Below, in pieces: positions 12,539-25,634 of a stretch of DNA of 64,000 bases. The position numbers and the translations under genes are program-made. Position 1 is the stretch's first letter. Every line of letters begins with the position of its first letter. The stretch lies in the NCBI GenBank assembly GCA_029953675.1, contig JAMWBK010000002.1, positions 682,001-746,000 of the forward strand, in the 5' to 3' direction. This stretch comes from Rhodosorus marinus CCMP1338. Its lineage: Eukaryota; Plantae; Rhodophyta. The notes beneath the pieces were generated by a model. That model saw only the letters and a program-made list of their open reading frames with translations. It was not told where the DNA came from and searched no databases.

Positions 12539-13354
12539 ATGTTTGAGTCGACGGTTGTGGTGGATGCCCGCGGGCACCTCCTCGGTAGGCTGGCTTCCAT
12601 CGTTGCCAAGCAGCTGTTGTGCGGGCAGAAGGTAGTTGTTGTGCGATGTGAGGAGATTAACATGTCCGGCAAGTTTTATAGGAGAAAGCTTGAGTAAGTA
12701 CCTCGGCAAGAAGACTCTTTTATTTCGCGAGGACAAGGAACGTACTGTGGAAGCGGTTTTACGTCCGTCGTGGAATGGTGTGGATGCCGGTTGCTCAATA
12801 GGTCATTCTGCTTGTTGTGATTCTAGCTTCCTTTCTTTCCTTCGCAAGAGAATGAACACCAAGCCGAGCCGCGGAACGAAGCATTACCGAGCACCTTCGA
12901 AGATCTTCTGGAGAACGGTTAGAGGAATGACCCCGCACAAGACTGCAAGAGGTGCAGATGCCATGGACAAACTGCAGGTGTTTGATGGAGTGCCTCCACC
13001 ATATGACAAAATGAAGAGGATGGTCGTGCCTGACGCGCTCCGAGTAACAAGACTTGCACCAGGCCGCAAGTATTGTAGATTGGGCCGTCTTAGCACAGAG
13101 GTAGGATGTGGATAGCCGCTTGGTACCGAAACATAGATGAGTGAGTCTGACCTTCGTATATCTGTTGATAATGTTTCTGCGTCTAGATGGGATGGAAATA
13201 CGAAGGAGTTTTGAGCGGACTGGAAGAGAAGAGGAAGACACGTTCCCTGGCATACTACCAGAGAAAGAAGGCTTTGACGAAGTTGAAGAACAAGGCTTCC
13301 GAGAATGATGCAGTCTCTGCTGTGAGCAAGGAGCTTGCTGCTTATGGATATTAA
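12539..13354 (+). CDS. RPL13A: 60S ribosomal protein L13a (uL13)
   Basis: Exons 12539-12693, 12827-~13100, ~13188-13354; [42 protein letters not shown] motifs. Confidence 0.97.
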
Positions 13355-13443
13355 AACTTATAAATTCGTCTAGAATCGTTATTACTCTGTCCGTGGACGA
13401 GCCGGGGCTTGTCCGGTGCCCCACGCTCCATTGACCAACTACA

Positions 13444-13655
13444 TGTCAAAAGCGCAAGGCTCTCAAAGACATAAGTTAGGACCCGAATTGACTCGTAAAA
13501 GAAGCTCTAAAACGATAGTCCTACTGTAATCCCGCAGAGCGATTCGACTACTTGTCAAAAACGCAAGGCTGTCAAAGACGTAAGCTAGGACCCGAATCGA
13601 CTCGTAGAAGAAGTTATAAAACGATAATCCCGCAATAAAATCCCGCAGAGCGATT
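13444..13655. repeat. Imperfect tandem duplication, two units of about 101-103 bp, period 109-111 bp
   Basis: 13444-13544 aligns to 13553-13655 (TGTCAAAA..GGACCCGAAT..AATCCCGCAGAGCGATT) with 9 scattered substitutions and one diverged patch containing a 2-nt indel. Confidence 0.95.
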
Positions 13656-14309
13656 TGGATGGTTGCGCGTTGCTTGACTCTTTATCGATGAGTAGGAGAA
13701 GCCACACCCACCAGAATTCAAAATATCCAAGCCTCTTAAGCGGGATTCGGGTGAAGGGCTTGGTAGCTTTGGACAATAGCCGCAGGAGAAGCAGAGCCAA
13801 CGCTCCACTCTCGCGGCTCGTAGTTTCCCGGTCCCGCAAAAAGGCATACGCAATGCGAGGAGGCCAACCTGCGACGTATTCACATTGTCCCCTGACTGGC
13901 TGGATACCGGGCGGACTGGTTGTTCCGGAAACCGCAAGGAACGCCTTGACGAAAAACCCTGAGTCAGCTGAAACGCTGTTTCTGTGGATGCACTTCCAAC
14001 GCACGGCACGAAATGCTCTCTGCCTAGATGGGCTGAGGAGGATCGACCCGGCCACCTGATTTACCGGTAGAAATCGACATGAACACCAACATGGAAACAC
14101 TAGTTTTTCATTAGAGGAGTGTTGTCCGCGTCCTTTGGAAAACTCTCTCGCGGTCCAACTGGGCCCCCAAATAATGTCAGCAAGAATACTACGAGGGCGC
14201 CATCAGAAACCTCTCCACCTTCCCAATCTCTGAAGACCCGCACCGAGTCATCAGCGAAGAGGCTGTGACGGGGCGCTACTGGAAGTGATGATGACGAAGG
14301 CTCGCTCAC
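13585..14309 (-). CDS. Hypothetical protein, exon structure unresolved
   Basis: Abutting ORFs 14100..14309 (MSEPSSSS) and 13585..14100 with coding-like content; no family recognised. Confidence 0.35.
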
Positions 14310-15107
14310 GGACTTAAAGCCCTTCAGTAAAGAAGATTAACCAAATGCCTCGACTCGGAAGCTCGCGGACCGTGGACCGCGAACCCTCCAGCGCGCGGGC
14401 GTAGACCTGCGAAATTACCTTCCAAACTCCGTTGTTATAGGATAAAACTTTTCGTCCTATAATACCACCGATTTAGGTTGTTTGGTTTATATTGATTAGA
14501 ATTGTTTTTTGAGTGGATATGGACTGCCTCTCGTTGTGGGTTTGTTGAGGGTCAGCCTACGGTCTTGAAGGCATTGAGAAGGTGAATCATTGTGGGCATT
14601 TCGGAAAGCCAAGGAACGAGTAACAGGCTTATCGTTAAAAGGACTTCACTAGTCAGTGCTTTGGATATCGCCAGTTTCGAGCCGTCTTCGTTGTGTGGTG
14701 ATTTTGCCCGAGGGGGGAGGGGGAGGGGGGGAGGGTTCTGAAAAGAGAACGCGGAGGGTGAGCGGAGAGCTTCTGTTTTAGAACGGACCTCACCTTTAGT
14801 TGCTTGTAGTTGCTGCACGCTTTCGAATCGATTCGAGCTCCAGCTGCCCTTTGGAGACGACGTTGAGGTAGCAGGATTGGCGGTGTTTTTTGTGGCGTCT
14901 GTTTGGTGCGGTTCTGCGGTGATCTTTTTAGAGGAGCGCTGGCTCGTTTTTGGCTCGGTTTGTGAGGCTTGTTTCTGTTTTCTTTTTTTGTGCTTTGGCT
15001 AGCGAGTGTTATTTTCTCAGGACGTCCTGTTCGAACGCGGCCCCAGAAGATTTTCAAGTCTTGCTGTCACTTAATTCTGTTGTTTCTAGAGTTGAGGTTC
15101 GCAAGAG

Positions 15108-16389
15108 ATGGCTAAGATCGGAGAGGGAGACTCCAGGTGGATTGTCCAGCATCGTGATGATGGGGCGAATGTCAACAGCTGGCATTGGAGCGAGAAAGAT
15201 ATAACCCCTTGGGCGAAGAGACGGGTCAGGGAGCTTTTAGTGGGGAACATAAAAGTGAAGGGGTTTCCCGGAGAGGCCGAGGTTAAGTCCCTGATCAAGG
15301 TGGACGGGGACGCTACCGTGTACAATCGAAAGGGTGGGTTGAAAACTGTGTATGATCTGACGATCACCGGGAAATGGGAGGGAAGTGATGATTCTGAGGA
15401 GGTGACGAACGGGGAGTTCAAGCTCGAAGTATTTGACGAAGACCCAGAGATATTCATTACCGTCGAGTACGGAACTAAGAACGACAGAGCTTTCAAGCAG
15501 CTTATGGAGAAAGAAGGAATTCCGCTAATTCACGCACAGATGGAAATATTCGCTGGGGAGGTTAAACACGGCGGGGATCTGAAATTGGAAACTCCCGATG
15601 AGCCTGACGTATAAAGATTCCCCCAGAACAGTGATTGCGTGCCAGCACCGAAACTGAACTTCGCCTTTACTTTTCCGCTTCCTCAGGAAACTGAAATTCG
15701 GAAGGAGGTTCTGAAATCAGCTGAACCCCTCCCAGCGACAGCCACGAGCAAGCAGAAGACGACAACAAACGTGAAGAGTCTGAACCAAACTGATGACCTA
15801 AGAATTGAAGATCAGTTTCGAACGAGTCCTAGCGAGCTGTACCTAGCTTTCATGGATGAGCGGAGAGTGAAGGGCTATACTGGACAGAATTGCGAAATCA
15901 GCCCGGAAGAGAAGGGAGCGTTCATGTTGTGCAACGGTAAGTGACTTATCCTGCCACGCATTGACCTTTCCATTTCTTCCCTGTAGATGACTTAACTGTG
16001 TGCTCTTGGATGCAGGTCTCGTTCGAGGCACTCAAATAAAGCTAGAAAAGGGGAAAATAATCCATCAGAAATGGAGAATGGAGAAATGGAACGCTGATAC
16101 TTACTCGGATGTGAAGATGGATTTTTCCGTAAGCCCCAAATCAAGCAAAGCACAAAAACAGCTATACTAAGCGAAGGACCTCTTCCGTACCCTGTCTAAC
16201 ACTTTCCCTGTGAATCAACATCGGTGCTGGTTGGTTGCGTAGGAAGACGAAGATGGCCTGGCAAAGCTAGTGCTAACGCAAACTGGAATCCCCGCAGAGC
16301 ATAGATATGAGACGGAAGAGCACTGGCGAAGAGTCATCCTGGAGAGGATGAAGGTGGTGCTAGGAATTGGAACTGCCCGATACATATAG
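15108..16389 (+). CDS. AHA1: Hsp90 ATPase activator AHA1
   Basis: GEGDSRWIV..DDGANVNSWHWSEKD, VYNRKG; C-terminal START-like domain ending ..HWRRVILERMKVVLG; 4 exons. Confidence 0.95.
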
Positions 16390-17681
16390 CCTCCCCGAAA
16401 CACTTAATCAATTTCTTATAGCTGACTGGCCCAGAGGCAGACCGCTGCTCTCCGGCACCCGGCGTACCTTTGTTGGCGTTGAACATTTAGACCCCAGGCG
16501 CAGAGAGAACCACCAAAACGGAAGAAAGCAAACAGTAAAACGTTGTGATCCGTCCCTCGATCAAAACCTCAGGATGATATTTGAAATGCAGCTTCCGGGG
16601 AGGAAGACATGTTTCCCAAAACATGCCAGAAGCCAGTCACACTAGGGAATCCTCTGTGACGCTGACGATATCTCACCACTAGAATTCGATAGCAAATTCA
16701 TCACGTGATGTAGCTGGCTAAAGTATCCTCTTGTCACGCACCCCCGTCGCTACCTTCTAGGCTTGCTGAACATTTTCCATGAAGTAACTCTATCTATCCA
16801 TTCCGGGGATTTCCACGACCAGAAAACTTCGAGCTCCCAATTGGTTGACGAGCAGCTGGAATCGACACGTGCAATTTCATTATTCATTAAGAGATATATA
16901 GCTACCCTTAATTGGACAGCATCCATACTTATGGACATAATAATGCGAGTTCGGCAACGCTTCATTGGCTGAATTCCAAAGCAGGAAGTTTTGTATTGTC
17001 CCCTGAATATACTATCTCAATCAATATACACTCGTTATCCAACCATCATGCGAAAGAGGCTTAAGTTGACTTATTGCAATCAATAACTTCCTAGGCAAGA
17101 AACAACCGAACCCCTCCAAACCCCTGGCTTGTTGAATGCAGAAAATTTCTGGATGGTTGGTTTATGATACTAATGTAAAATTTGAGGGAGTCTCACATCC
17201 AGTCAACTGGAATGCAAATTGGAAACGAAGGGGGGGTGAAGCTTTTGTAAAGTTTCCGAGTGGTATTTTTGTTTGAGATACGTCTCTAAAATGCTTGCTG
17301 GACAGCTTGCAATGAAATTCAGTAGTATTCGTAGGGACAGGATTTGGTGGCGAATGTTCCTTTCTGAAAAAGGTATATCTAGACCAAGCTGGATCTGGTC
17401 CCTTCCACAGTTTGATACTTCGGGAAGGAGGGGGGAAAGCAGACAGGCAGTGCGGAAAAGGGATTGAGACTGACTTGCAGTTTGGGTGAGATAAAGAAAA
17501 GCTTCGTTGTTTTTTTTCCCTCTCTTTGTATTTGGGTTAGAGCAAGGATTTTTGTGGTGCGTAAGTTTGCGAGAAGCGTGTTAGGGATTGAATCGTACTT
17601 TAGGTCTTTTAGTGTTGGAGGGGGAGCTGGGGAAGAGGAGGGTAGGGGTTTGTGTTTTGGTTTGTTTCTGCGCGTTTCGCA

Positions 17682-18742
17682 ATGGCGGAGGTTGCAAAGG
17701 ATGATATGGGCAGTTCGTCTGAAGCGGCGGTGAAGAACACTGTCGAAGACCTTGTGAGGAAAAGCGAAGAAAATCTGTGACTCGTTTTGAGAAAACAGTT
17801 GGGGTTTTCGAAAGGCTCATCAATTCTTTTTCTGTCTTGTCCTTTTGTCTTTGTCCCTATTATAGGAGAGTGACTTTGAAATTGGAACAACGGTTGCCAC
17901 ATCTTCTGTTAGTGTGCGATTGGGTAGGTGTAATTGCTAGTTGCCAATATGTGGTTTCCTAGTTTCGAGATCTACTCGCGCTCATCTTTGCTGTTCTGAA
18001 TTCGTTCATAGGCTTCTTGAGAAAGGTGTACGGCTTGTTGACATTGCAGCTTGCCCTCACTGTAGTAATAAGCACTCTGTTTATGGTGGTTACACCTGTT
18101 CGAGATCTCGCGGTGAATAATGAGTGGATTGCTATTGTCTCCATAATACTGTCCTTGGGCTGCCTTCTTGGCCTACTCGCTGTTAGACACCGACATCCGC
18201 TTAACCTGTATTTGCTAACGCTATTTGTAAGTGGTCCCTTTCACCCTTCCGAAGTGGCGTGTGGGTTATGCCGTTTGCCCAGTTCTCTGATGCATGAAGC
18301 TTGTTTTCCTGCTTTTGTTCAGACTGTCCTGCAATCCCTGTCGGTAGGGAACATCTGCGCTATCTACGCTTCAATTGGATACGGGTTTATCATTGTCCAA
18401 GCAGCAGCGGCGACTGCAGTCATCTTCGGAGGCTTGACTCTGTATTGCTTCCGATCAAAGAAGGATTTTTCTTTCCTTGGAGGCTTCCTTTACGCTGGAC
18501 TGATTGGCTTGCTCGTGGTTGGCTTACTGCAGTTGTTTATCTTTGTGACCTGGCTGAACTTCCTCGTAGCGTTAGCCGGAGTGCTTATCATGTCGGGCTA
18601 TATTCTCTTCGATACATCGCAGCTCATCCACAAGTTTGCCCCTGACGAATTCATCGTGGCCACTGTCAACTTGTACCTGGACATAATCAACTTGTTCTTA
18701 TACCTTGTACAGATCCTGTCATCTTTGCAGCGAGATTCTTGA
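17682..18742 (+). CDS. Bax-inhibitor family membrane protein (TMBIM4/LFG-like)
   Basis: DFEIGTTVA..VRLGFLRKVYGLL, YILFDTS, ATVNLYLDIINLF motifs; 4 exons. Confidence 0.92.
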
Positions 18743-18923
18743 GCTGATTACAATTGCTTTCCGGGAGGTGGGGGAAGGTGATGCTGTCTTCAGATTTTGA
18801 AGTAGCAGGGCGCCTGAACAATCGAAGGAGGTGGATGGATGGGGTGTGCACATGACGGCTGTGAGTCTTTTCCATGTTTTGAGGTATTGTAGCCAGTATT
18901 CATTAGTAAAACTCATGAGTGAT

Positions 18924-20475
18924 CTAGAATATATATTGGGCAGGGCGAAGGGATCGTTCAATACGGATGCCCCGTTCTTCGAATCGGGTCTGGCAGATTT
19001 CGATGCACCTCTGAAGCTCATTTGGAGAGTTAGGCTTATCATTGGCAACAGAGAGCTCTTGATCCTTACCTGGGAGCAAGTTAACGTAGTGCTTCTCTAC
19101 CAAGGAATTAACAAATTTCATCAGGCGCTCGGATCTCACCGGGAACAGCTCAAAGACATACACACGCTCAATACCAGGAGAGGAGATAGCCTCGCTAATC
19201 ATGTTCGAAGAATCTGTCGTTACAACGGCCACTGACGAATTCGCAAGAAACTTATGGTAGTCATTCGTCGCTGGATCTTGCGAATTCTCATCCCCGCTCC
19301 CGTCAATGAACAACAACTTATCTACACCGATCCTCCTGACAAAATGGAGAAGATAGTCACGATTTCGTTAATTTTATGAGCGAAAATTTCCATCCAGCGG
19401 ATGGTCGGGCGAGCAGCAGGAGCTCGTCCTGGGCCAGGTGATCCAAACGCATGTTGTTCGAATTCACTGTCCATGTCACGCCACGATCGGTGCACTGCAG
19501 GCGTCTTTCTTTACCCTTCCAGCTTTTTCTTAATGCTTCTCACTAACATCCTCGGCGTCCTTCTCGATGTCTACTTTGCACATTCGTAGCCACAAGGATT
19601 CAATAGATACTAGCTGTTTTCTGTGTACCAACGGAAACGAATTTGTCGGCCTTCCTCACCGTCACTAGGACTGACCCGCCTCTTGCGATTCTACTGATCG
19701 AGTCAACGAACTTACTCAGCTTCGTAGCGTAGCTGAGCCAGGGTACATATGACCCGGACGAGTGTCCACCGATTGCGACAAGAACTCGTGGCGATGGCAG
19801 ATCTTTAGGAAATTCTGTATTCTTCAAGCGATGGTGATACTGCGGAGCCTCGTTGATGGCTCCGAGGGTTCGTATCCAGTTTTCCCTCTTCGGATACCGG
19901 ACGCCATCATGTTCTGGAGACACGATGAGATCGAACTTTTGCTCAGCAAACCTTGGGTGTAGAGTGTTGATGAGGAACATCGAGTCCTTGAACACGTCCT
20001 TCAGAGCAACGGCCAACCCAGCGGATGCACCTGCGTTTAGGAAACGGGTTAGGCTGTATCGATGGTTCTGCGGAGGTTTTGCAGTGATTGTGGGGACACG
20101 ATTCTCACCTCCGGCATTGACGAGGAGCACGAGGTCGTTTCCGTACATCCGCAGATTTGGGAGCTTTCTGCCCTTCAAATATTCCACGTTGCGGATAAAC
20201 TGAACTGTGCTTTCAATCTCACCGACTGGACGGGACCGCGAGAGCACAAGGTACTTCAGCGCCAACCCTCGAAAGAGCAGGCAAGCGAGCTCCTTCTTCG
20301 GGAGAGGACGAACGAGTTCCAAAGGAATCTTCTTTGTTCTGCTCAGCCGTTGGATGCCTGATGCAAGCGCCAGAGCCTGCTTCTCCGCGCCAGTAACCGC
20401 ATTCCCTCGGGAATCTCCCAACACAACTATCCGAGCCAAGCGCTTAAATGCGGGAGGACCGCTTTGATCCCTCAT
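18924..20475 (-). CDS. ELM1: Mitochondrial fission protein ELM1-like
   Basis: FDLIVSPEHD, LVAIGGHS, TSRRTP (middle exon) and VVTTDSSNMISEA motifs across several exons. Confidence 0.85.
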
Positions 20476-21812
20476 CCTAGCCAGTCGTTACACGATCAAT
20501 TGCCTCGGACGATTCGTTTCGATTGCTCGCACACACCCCAAGGACCAACCCTCTCCATCCCTAGACCTCCTGTCCTTCACCACCGTCTTATTTCCTGCAC
20601 ATCAATCTTACTGAATCTTTCAGGCGATCCAGATAAAGTTAATATGTTTCAAGTCCAACACAGACAATGAAAAGCCTGCTGATCGTCACAAGCCACCACC
20701 AACACCCCCGCCCATGGTCAAAGACGATAGTTCTCCGATAACCGGGTGGATTTTCACTGCGCCGAGCACTTCTTGAAGTCATCCAGTCTAGGGTCTCCAA
20801 AGCTTCATTGGCAAGTGATCTTCACGAGCATGCTTGGAAATAGACACGATAGCCCGTATCGCATTCGATGAAGGCAGTTAGAGGACAGGAAATCTACCCT
20901 CAACGTCCTGAAACGAGGAGATCGTGATGCTACAGGTTTTCTGTTATTGAGAAAGACAGTCTACCAGAAGCTCCGCTTTGCTGGTACGGACCTATCCTAT
21001 TGCCTGCCTAGCTTGACGCAAAATAGACAGTCATTTACCAGCCAACGGGGAGAATGAAACTGCGTTCGATCAACCGACCGCTACCCTTTTAAGTTCGCTC
21101 CTCGACTCAGGGCGTTCGTGATGTTCCTCTTGCCCTTCCGGTATTCCACAGCGAATTTACAATGGTAGTAGTTTGTTGATGTACAGCTCTTGTCCCTTCG
21201 TCAAGTCTTTCTGAGCTTCGATGAGGTCGGCTACAAGTTATCCGCTGCCGTCCAGCGGATAGGAGGTGATGACTGGCTACTGGCTGGTTTTACAGCGGGT
21301 AAATACGGCAGAAACCGAACTCAGAAAGGCAGTCGCTTGACAGGCCCGCCGTTGCAGACAGGCTCTGAAACGGAAACGCCGGTGCTGCGTGAGAGAACGG
21401 AGCGACGCGAGCGTCTTGAGGAAGATTTAATTGATAGGTTTGCTTCAGTAGAGTCGGTCATGGTCAATTGAAGGTCATGCTTGTGACATGGGTACCCGGA
21501 AACAAGTCTAGGGGTTGGCTATTCTTCTGGCAAGCCGATTCCTATGTTTCACATAGCGATGCCCTCGCTGCTGTTAGAGGCGTGGCTTTCTCAGAAGAAT
21601 GGATCGAGAAGTTGCAATCCGGCTAATGTCCTCAGACGAAGACTCCCAGCAAGGTGTTATCTGCGCCTGCTTTCGTCCGTATTTTACGGTTCCCGCAGAG
21701 CAGCGCTGAGTCAGCATGAGTCGCTTAGTCATAGTAATTAGGGTACAGTTCGGTCGGCTTCCAGTTAGAGAGTATGCAAAGGAGACTTTTCTACTGAACC
21801 GTGGAACAAAAT

Positions 21813-22852
21813 CTATAGTTCACGTATCTCAGTGGACATAGAAGCAGTCAGCACACCCTCACCCTAAACATTGTCAGTAGATCGAGATCGGGTCAGGGGC
21901 TTGCTCTCAGTTTGTCTCAGGGTTTCTTTGTACGTTCTTACCGTTTGAGTTCTAATAAACGAGACACGGACCCTCATGTTTGGGGTTGTGAACCAGATCC
22001 GCTCTTCAGCAGAAGCTGTAGGCATCGCAACGGACAGAGTCAAAGCTTCAGTACATTCTACAACCAAACTCTCACAACCCGCGGTCAGTATTCGATTTGG
22101 ACACTTTCTCACCTCGTTCGTAAGGAGTGATTAGGACAAACGTGCCATCTGCTTCCATCGTCCACTCCCCAACAGCAGGAACGGTCTCTGCGTATCCCTC
22201 AGAGCGCAACAACCTGCCTTTCGCTTCCTCGTCCTTGACCAAAACCAGAAGGGTGCTCCCTTCGAGCACCTCATCTTCATCCCAGTCAGACGTTCCCTCC
22301 CAGCTCATCTTTATTGCAGTAGCTGCCGTTGCCGGATCCTAAACACAGACAGGCTTGGAAAGATCAGAATCAGGTGGTCTTCGCAGTGCTCCTCCATGTT
22401 GACAGCCTACCGTCTCATATTGCTTGCAGATAGCCAGCACGGCTTCATCGTCAAGTTCCACGTTCTCAATTTCAATTTCAGAGTTAACTTCCTCCATGAA
22501 GGACATAGCCAAGTTGTGGCTGCTTCTCATGGACCTCCACGATCCGATTGAGTCCCTGTCAAGAACATTGGAGCAAAGCGCAAATCAGTACCAGTCCACA
22601 TCCGACGTTTTTCTCTGATAAATTCGTAAACTCTCACCTGAAAAACTCCTCCACCTTCATCCCAGCAGTGGAATAAACCCCAGTCTGCACAGGAACCGCT
22701 CCAGCGCTTTTCGCGGCCGCCTCCGAGCACCGCACAACAGCCCTCCTCCCAGCCTTCCATTGCGGCTTTCCACCCACCAACCGCCTCTCAGAAACAGCAA
22801 TCTTACCGCATCCTCCTCCCTTCACTACCAATCCACTCGTCAAGAAGGCCAT
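21813..22852 (-). CDS. cpcS: Phycobiliprotein lyase, CpcS/CpeS (Ycf58) family, nuclear-encoded with transit peptide
   Basis: FFR-DSIGSWRSMRSSHNLA, LAICKQY, ERIWFTTPNMRVR, ASMSTEIR motifs across spliced exons; MAFLTSG start at 22852. Confidence 0.88.
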
Positions 22853-24097
22853 ACCTCCCTCTCCTCCACCTCGAAAACCACCCACACCCCCACCCCCCAA
22901 ACAAAACACCTCAACACAAAATCAAAAACACACACCCACACTTCCTCCTCAAAAAAATTACATCAACTAAAACCTTTAACGAAAAAAAAAGCTTATCCCT
23001 CCTTCCTCACACCCACACCGAAAAAAAAAACAAAAACCCCACCAAAACTCCCACAAACCCGACCGAGACAAACCACAGTCACTCCCTCCTTCCTCCTCAA
23101 AAAAAACACTCCTATTTCTTCCCTCCATCCCGGAAAACACGAAATTGGCCGGTGGGTTCCCCACCTCAATCACCCAAAAAACCTCCTCAAAAGTCCATCC
23201 CATTGCCCCGTTTATCAATAAAAAAGAAAAAAAAGGGTCCAAAAATTCATCCGGATCTGAAAATCTCAATGGACGGACGAGGCAAGAAAAGGAAAACTTC
23301 CCCGCTGGCGCCCCCCCCCCGGCACTCCCAACCCCCACCTTTTCCCTCCTCCTTCCCTCTCCCACCTTTGTTTTTTTTTATTTTACTATGGCTTAACTTC
23401 ACCCACACAAAAAAAAATTTAATCTCCGACCGTGACCGTGATCCAAAATTAAGGAAATATATCTTATTAAAAGTCATATGTCTTTAATTAACGTGATATG
23501 CTTCTAAATCAAGGATTACTGTTGTGTGTGACAGCTGTCTTTATAAGGACAGCTGTTCGAAGGACCGGGTGGGGGACTTTTCGAGGGAAGGACATGTGAT
23601 ATCAATGGAGTTGGGACCTTTTCGGAAGGGGAGAGTCTAACTTTCTTTTTTAGGGAGGAGATTTGGATGCTAAAATACCGTACGCTATCCGATGTCCTCC
23701 CCTGTACTGGCGCAGGTATGTTCAAGTTGAGGTGCCCACCGAGTTTTACACACGACAAAGTCCAGCGAAACGGAGTGCCGTTATTCCCCATACGGGCGGA
23801 GAACCACAGTGTGCAGTTTCTGCTCGTCTTTAGAATAGCGATGCTCCATTTTTTGGAATATCATGCTCAGCAATCCAAGTCGCATGTTCCCGCATCTCTC
23901 CTTCGCGATTGCACAAGTAGTGAACTAGTCCTTGCGCGGGCCCATGGGCTGGCACGGAGCGATTTTGCCTGACATTACGAGTGCCTGAAGGGCTTTGTGT
24001 TCTAGTCACTATGAGGGCAATGTACTTCAACTTCAAACAACTTCCTTCCGTTTAGAAAGCGAAGTTGGAGAAACAAGAGGTCTGGATAGAGCCTGTG

Positions 24098-25634
24098 ATG
24101 GTGAACGATGTACCAGATTTGGAGGACTTGAGCGCCGCCATCATTATTCCAGTTCGGAACGGAGCTGAATATCTCTCCGCTTGTCTCGAGTCAGTTCTTA
24201 AACAGGACTACGAGTTGAACAGGATAACGGTCTCCATTTATGATGATGGATCGACTGAACCAGAAGTTCAAAATGTGATCAACGACTTCAAGCAGTTGAT
24301 GGAAGCTGTTGGGTGAGTGAAATTATCGCCCTCCTGGACGCCATAGTGTCCGCTGAACGTGCAACAAGGGTCTTGTATCTTGGTCTTGCATTCAGGATAG
24401 AATATCATACGAATGGGCACCCATCTGCCCTAGCTCCTCGAGGAGTAGGAGGAGCAAGGAACGAAGCTATTCAAGCTTGTCAAAGCACATATCTCATCTT
24501 CATGGATGCCGACGACGTTATGAGGACAGATCGTGTCTCCAGGCAGGTATGGCAGTGAGGTACCACGGAAGTTGCACTGGCTACTAATTAAACCCCTTTC
24601 TTCTTCCTAGATGAAGACCCTCGTCGAGGCTGGTCCAAACACCATTGTCGGAGGAAACTTTGACAGAATCCCAGAAGATGCCACCCCACGATACAGAGAT
24701 TATCACAAAAGGCTTGGAAGTAGTCATTTGGAACTATTCAATCACGCATTCCGTGACGCTCCTGTAGCTATGCCCACAATTGCATGCAGCAGGTAAGGAC
24801 CTTGCCCGTCTCATATACTTGAGACTCAGCGTCCCTACGACAAATCGAGTGTTCTCGAGGTTTCAGCTTCGACTGTCCATCAGTCCCACTGCAGAACTTT
24901 GTCTCAAAGTAGACCCTCTTTCTGTGGCGAACTACCCTTCCCGTCTCTTTCCTCAGAGATGCTTGGTTGAACGTGAACGGGTTCGAAGAAGGCGTAGGCG
25001 TTCCAGAGGATCTCCACTTCATCTACAGCCATCTTCGGAAAGGAGGACAGCTTACTAAGACGTGTGGAGAACCGGTGATAAGGTAGGGCCCCTCAGACCG
25101 TCTTGATACGCCTCATCTCTGCTTCGATCCTCTCCATCCTCTCGTCAACATTGCTGCTTCACTATGATCGATAAGAGCCGGACACGGGTACGACTGATGG
25201 CTCTCTTGTAGGCTCCCCAGAGCAACTGAATGAGGAGAAGCGTTCGCTTCTTTAGATATCGCTACCACCCTCAAATGACATCGTTCAGCTTGGATAGACG
25301 TGAGCTCCTGCAGGTACGAGCTAGAGCGTTTGAGGATCTTGTTTTGGACGCTCAATGGAAGGCGAGTACCTTCATGATTTGGGGAGCTGGAAGAGACGGA
25401 AGAGCGTTTTTTCGCTCTCTCAGTCCTGAAGGGAAGCAGAGGGTGCGTGCCTTCGTTGACGTGGATTTGAAGAAGATTGGTACTCGATGCCATGGACTCG
25501 AGGTTCTCCCCGTGAGCGGCTTATTATCACCTTTTGTAACTTGCGTAGCGCTGGACAGAACCAATGGGGCGTTTGAGCGGAACTTGGAGCGAACGGGATT
25601 CCTTCTAGGAACAGATTTTTATTACATCTCATAA
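24098..25634 (+). CDS. GT2 glycosyltransferase, B3GNTL1/QTGAL-like; 5' end may extend to about 23600
   Basis: IIPVRNG, GVGGARN, FMDADD, FxVPEDL-type exon; C-terminal IWGAGRDGR..VRAFVDVD.KKIG..PFVTCVALDRTNGAFERNL..GTDFYY matches the recalled B3GNTL1 pattern. Confidence 0.8.

Noticed and set aside
12694-13187. Intronic snoRNAs in RPL13A, as in vertebrates
   Set aside because: No properly spaced C/D or H/ACA boxes in either intron
18831-19235. 134-aa plus-strand ORF
   Set aside because: Antisense shadow of the last ELM1 exon
22760-23487. Several long ORFs on both strands
   Set aside because: Products of C/A-rich homopolymeric leader sequence upstream of CpcS
23531-23556. ACAGCTGTC-tttataag-GACAGCTGT inverted repeat (two E-boxes around a TATA-like core)
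   Set aside because: Only 9-bp arms that are themselves palindromic; could be chance
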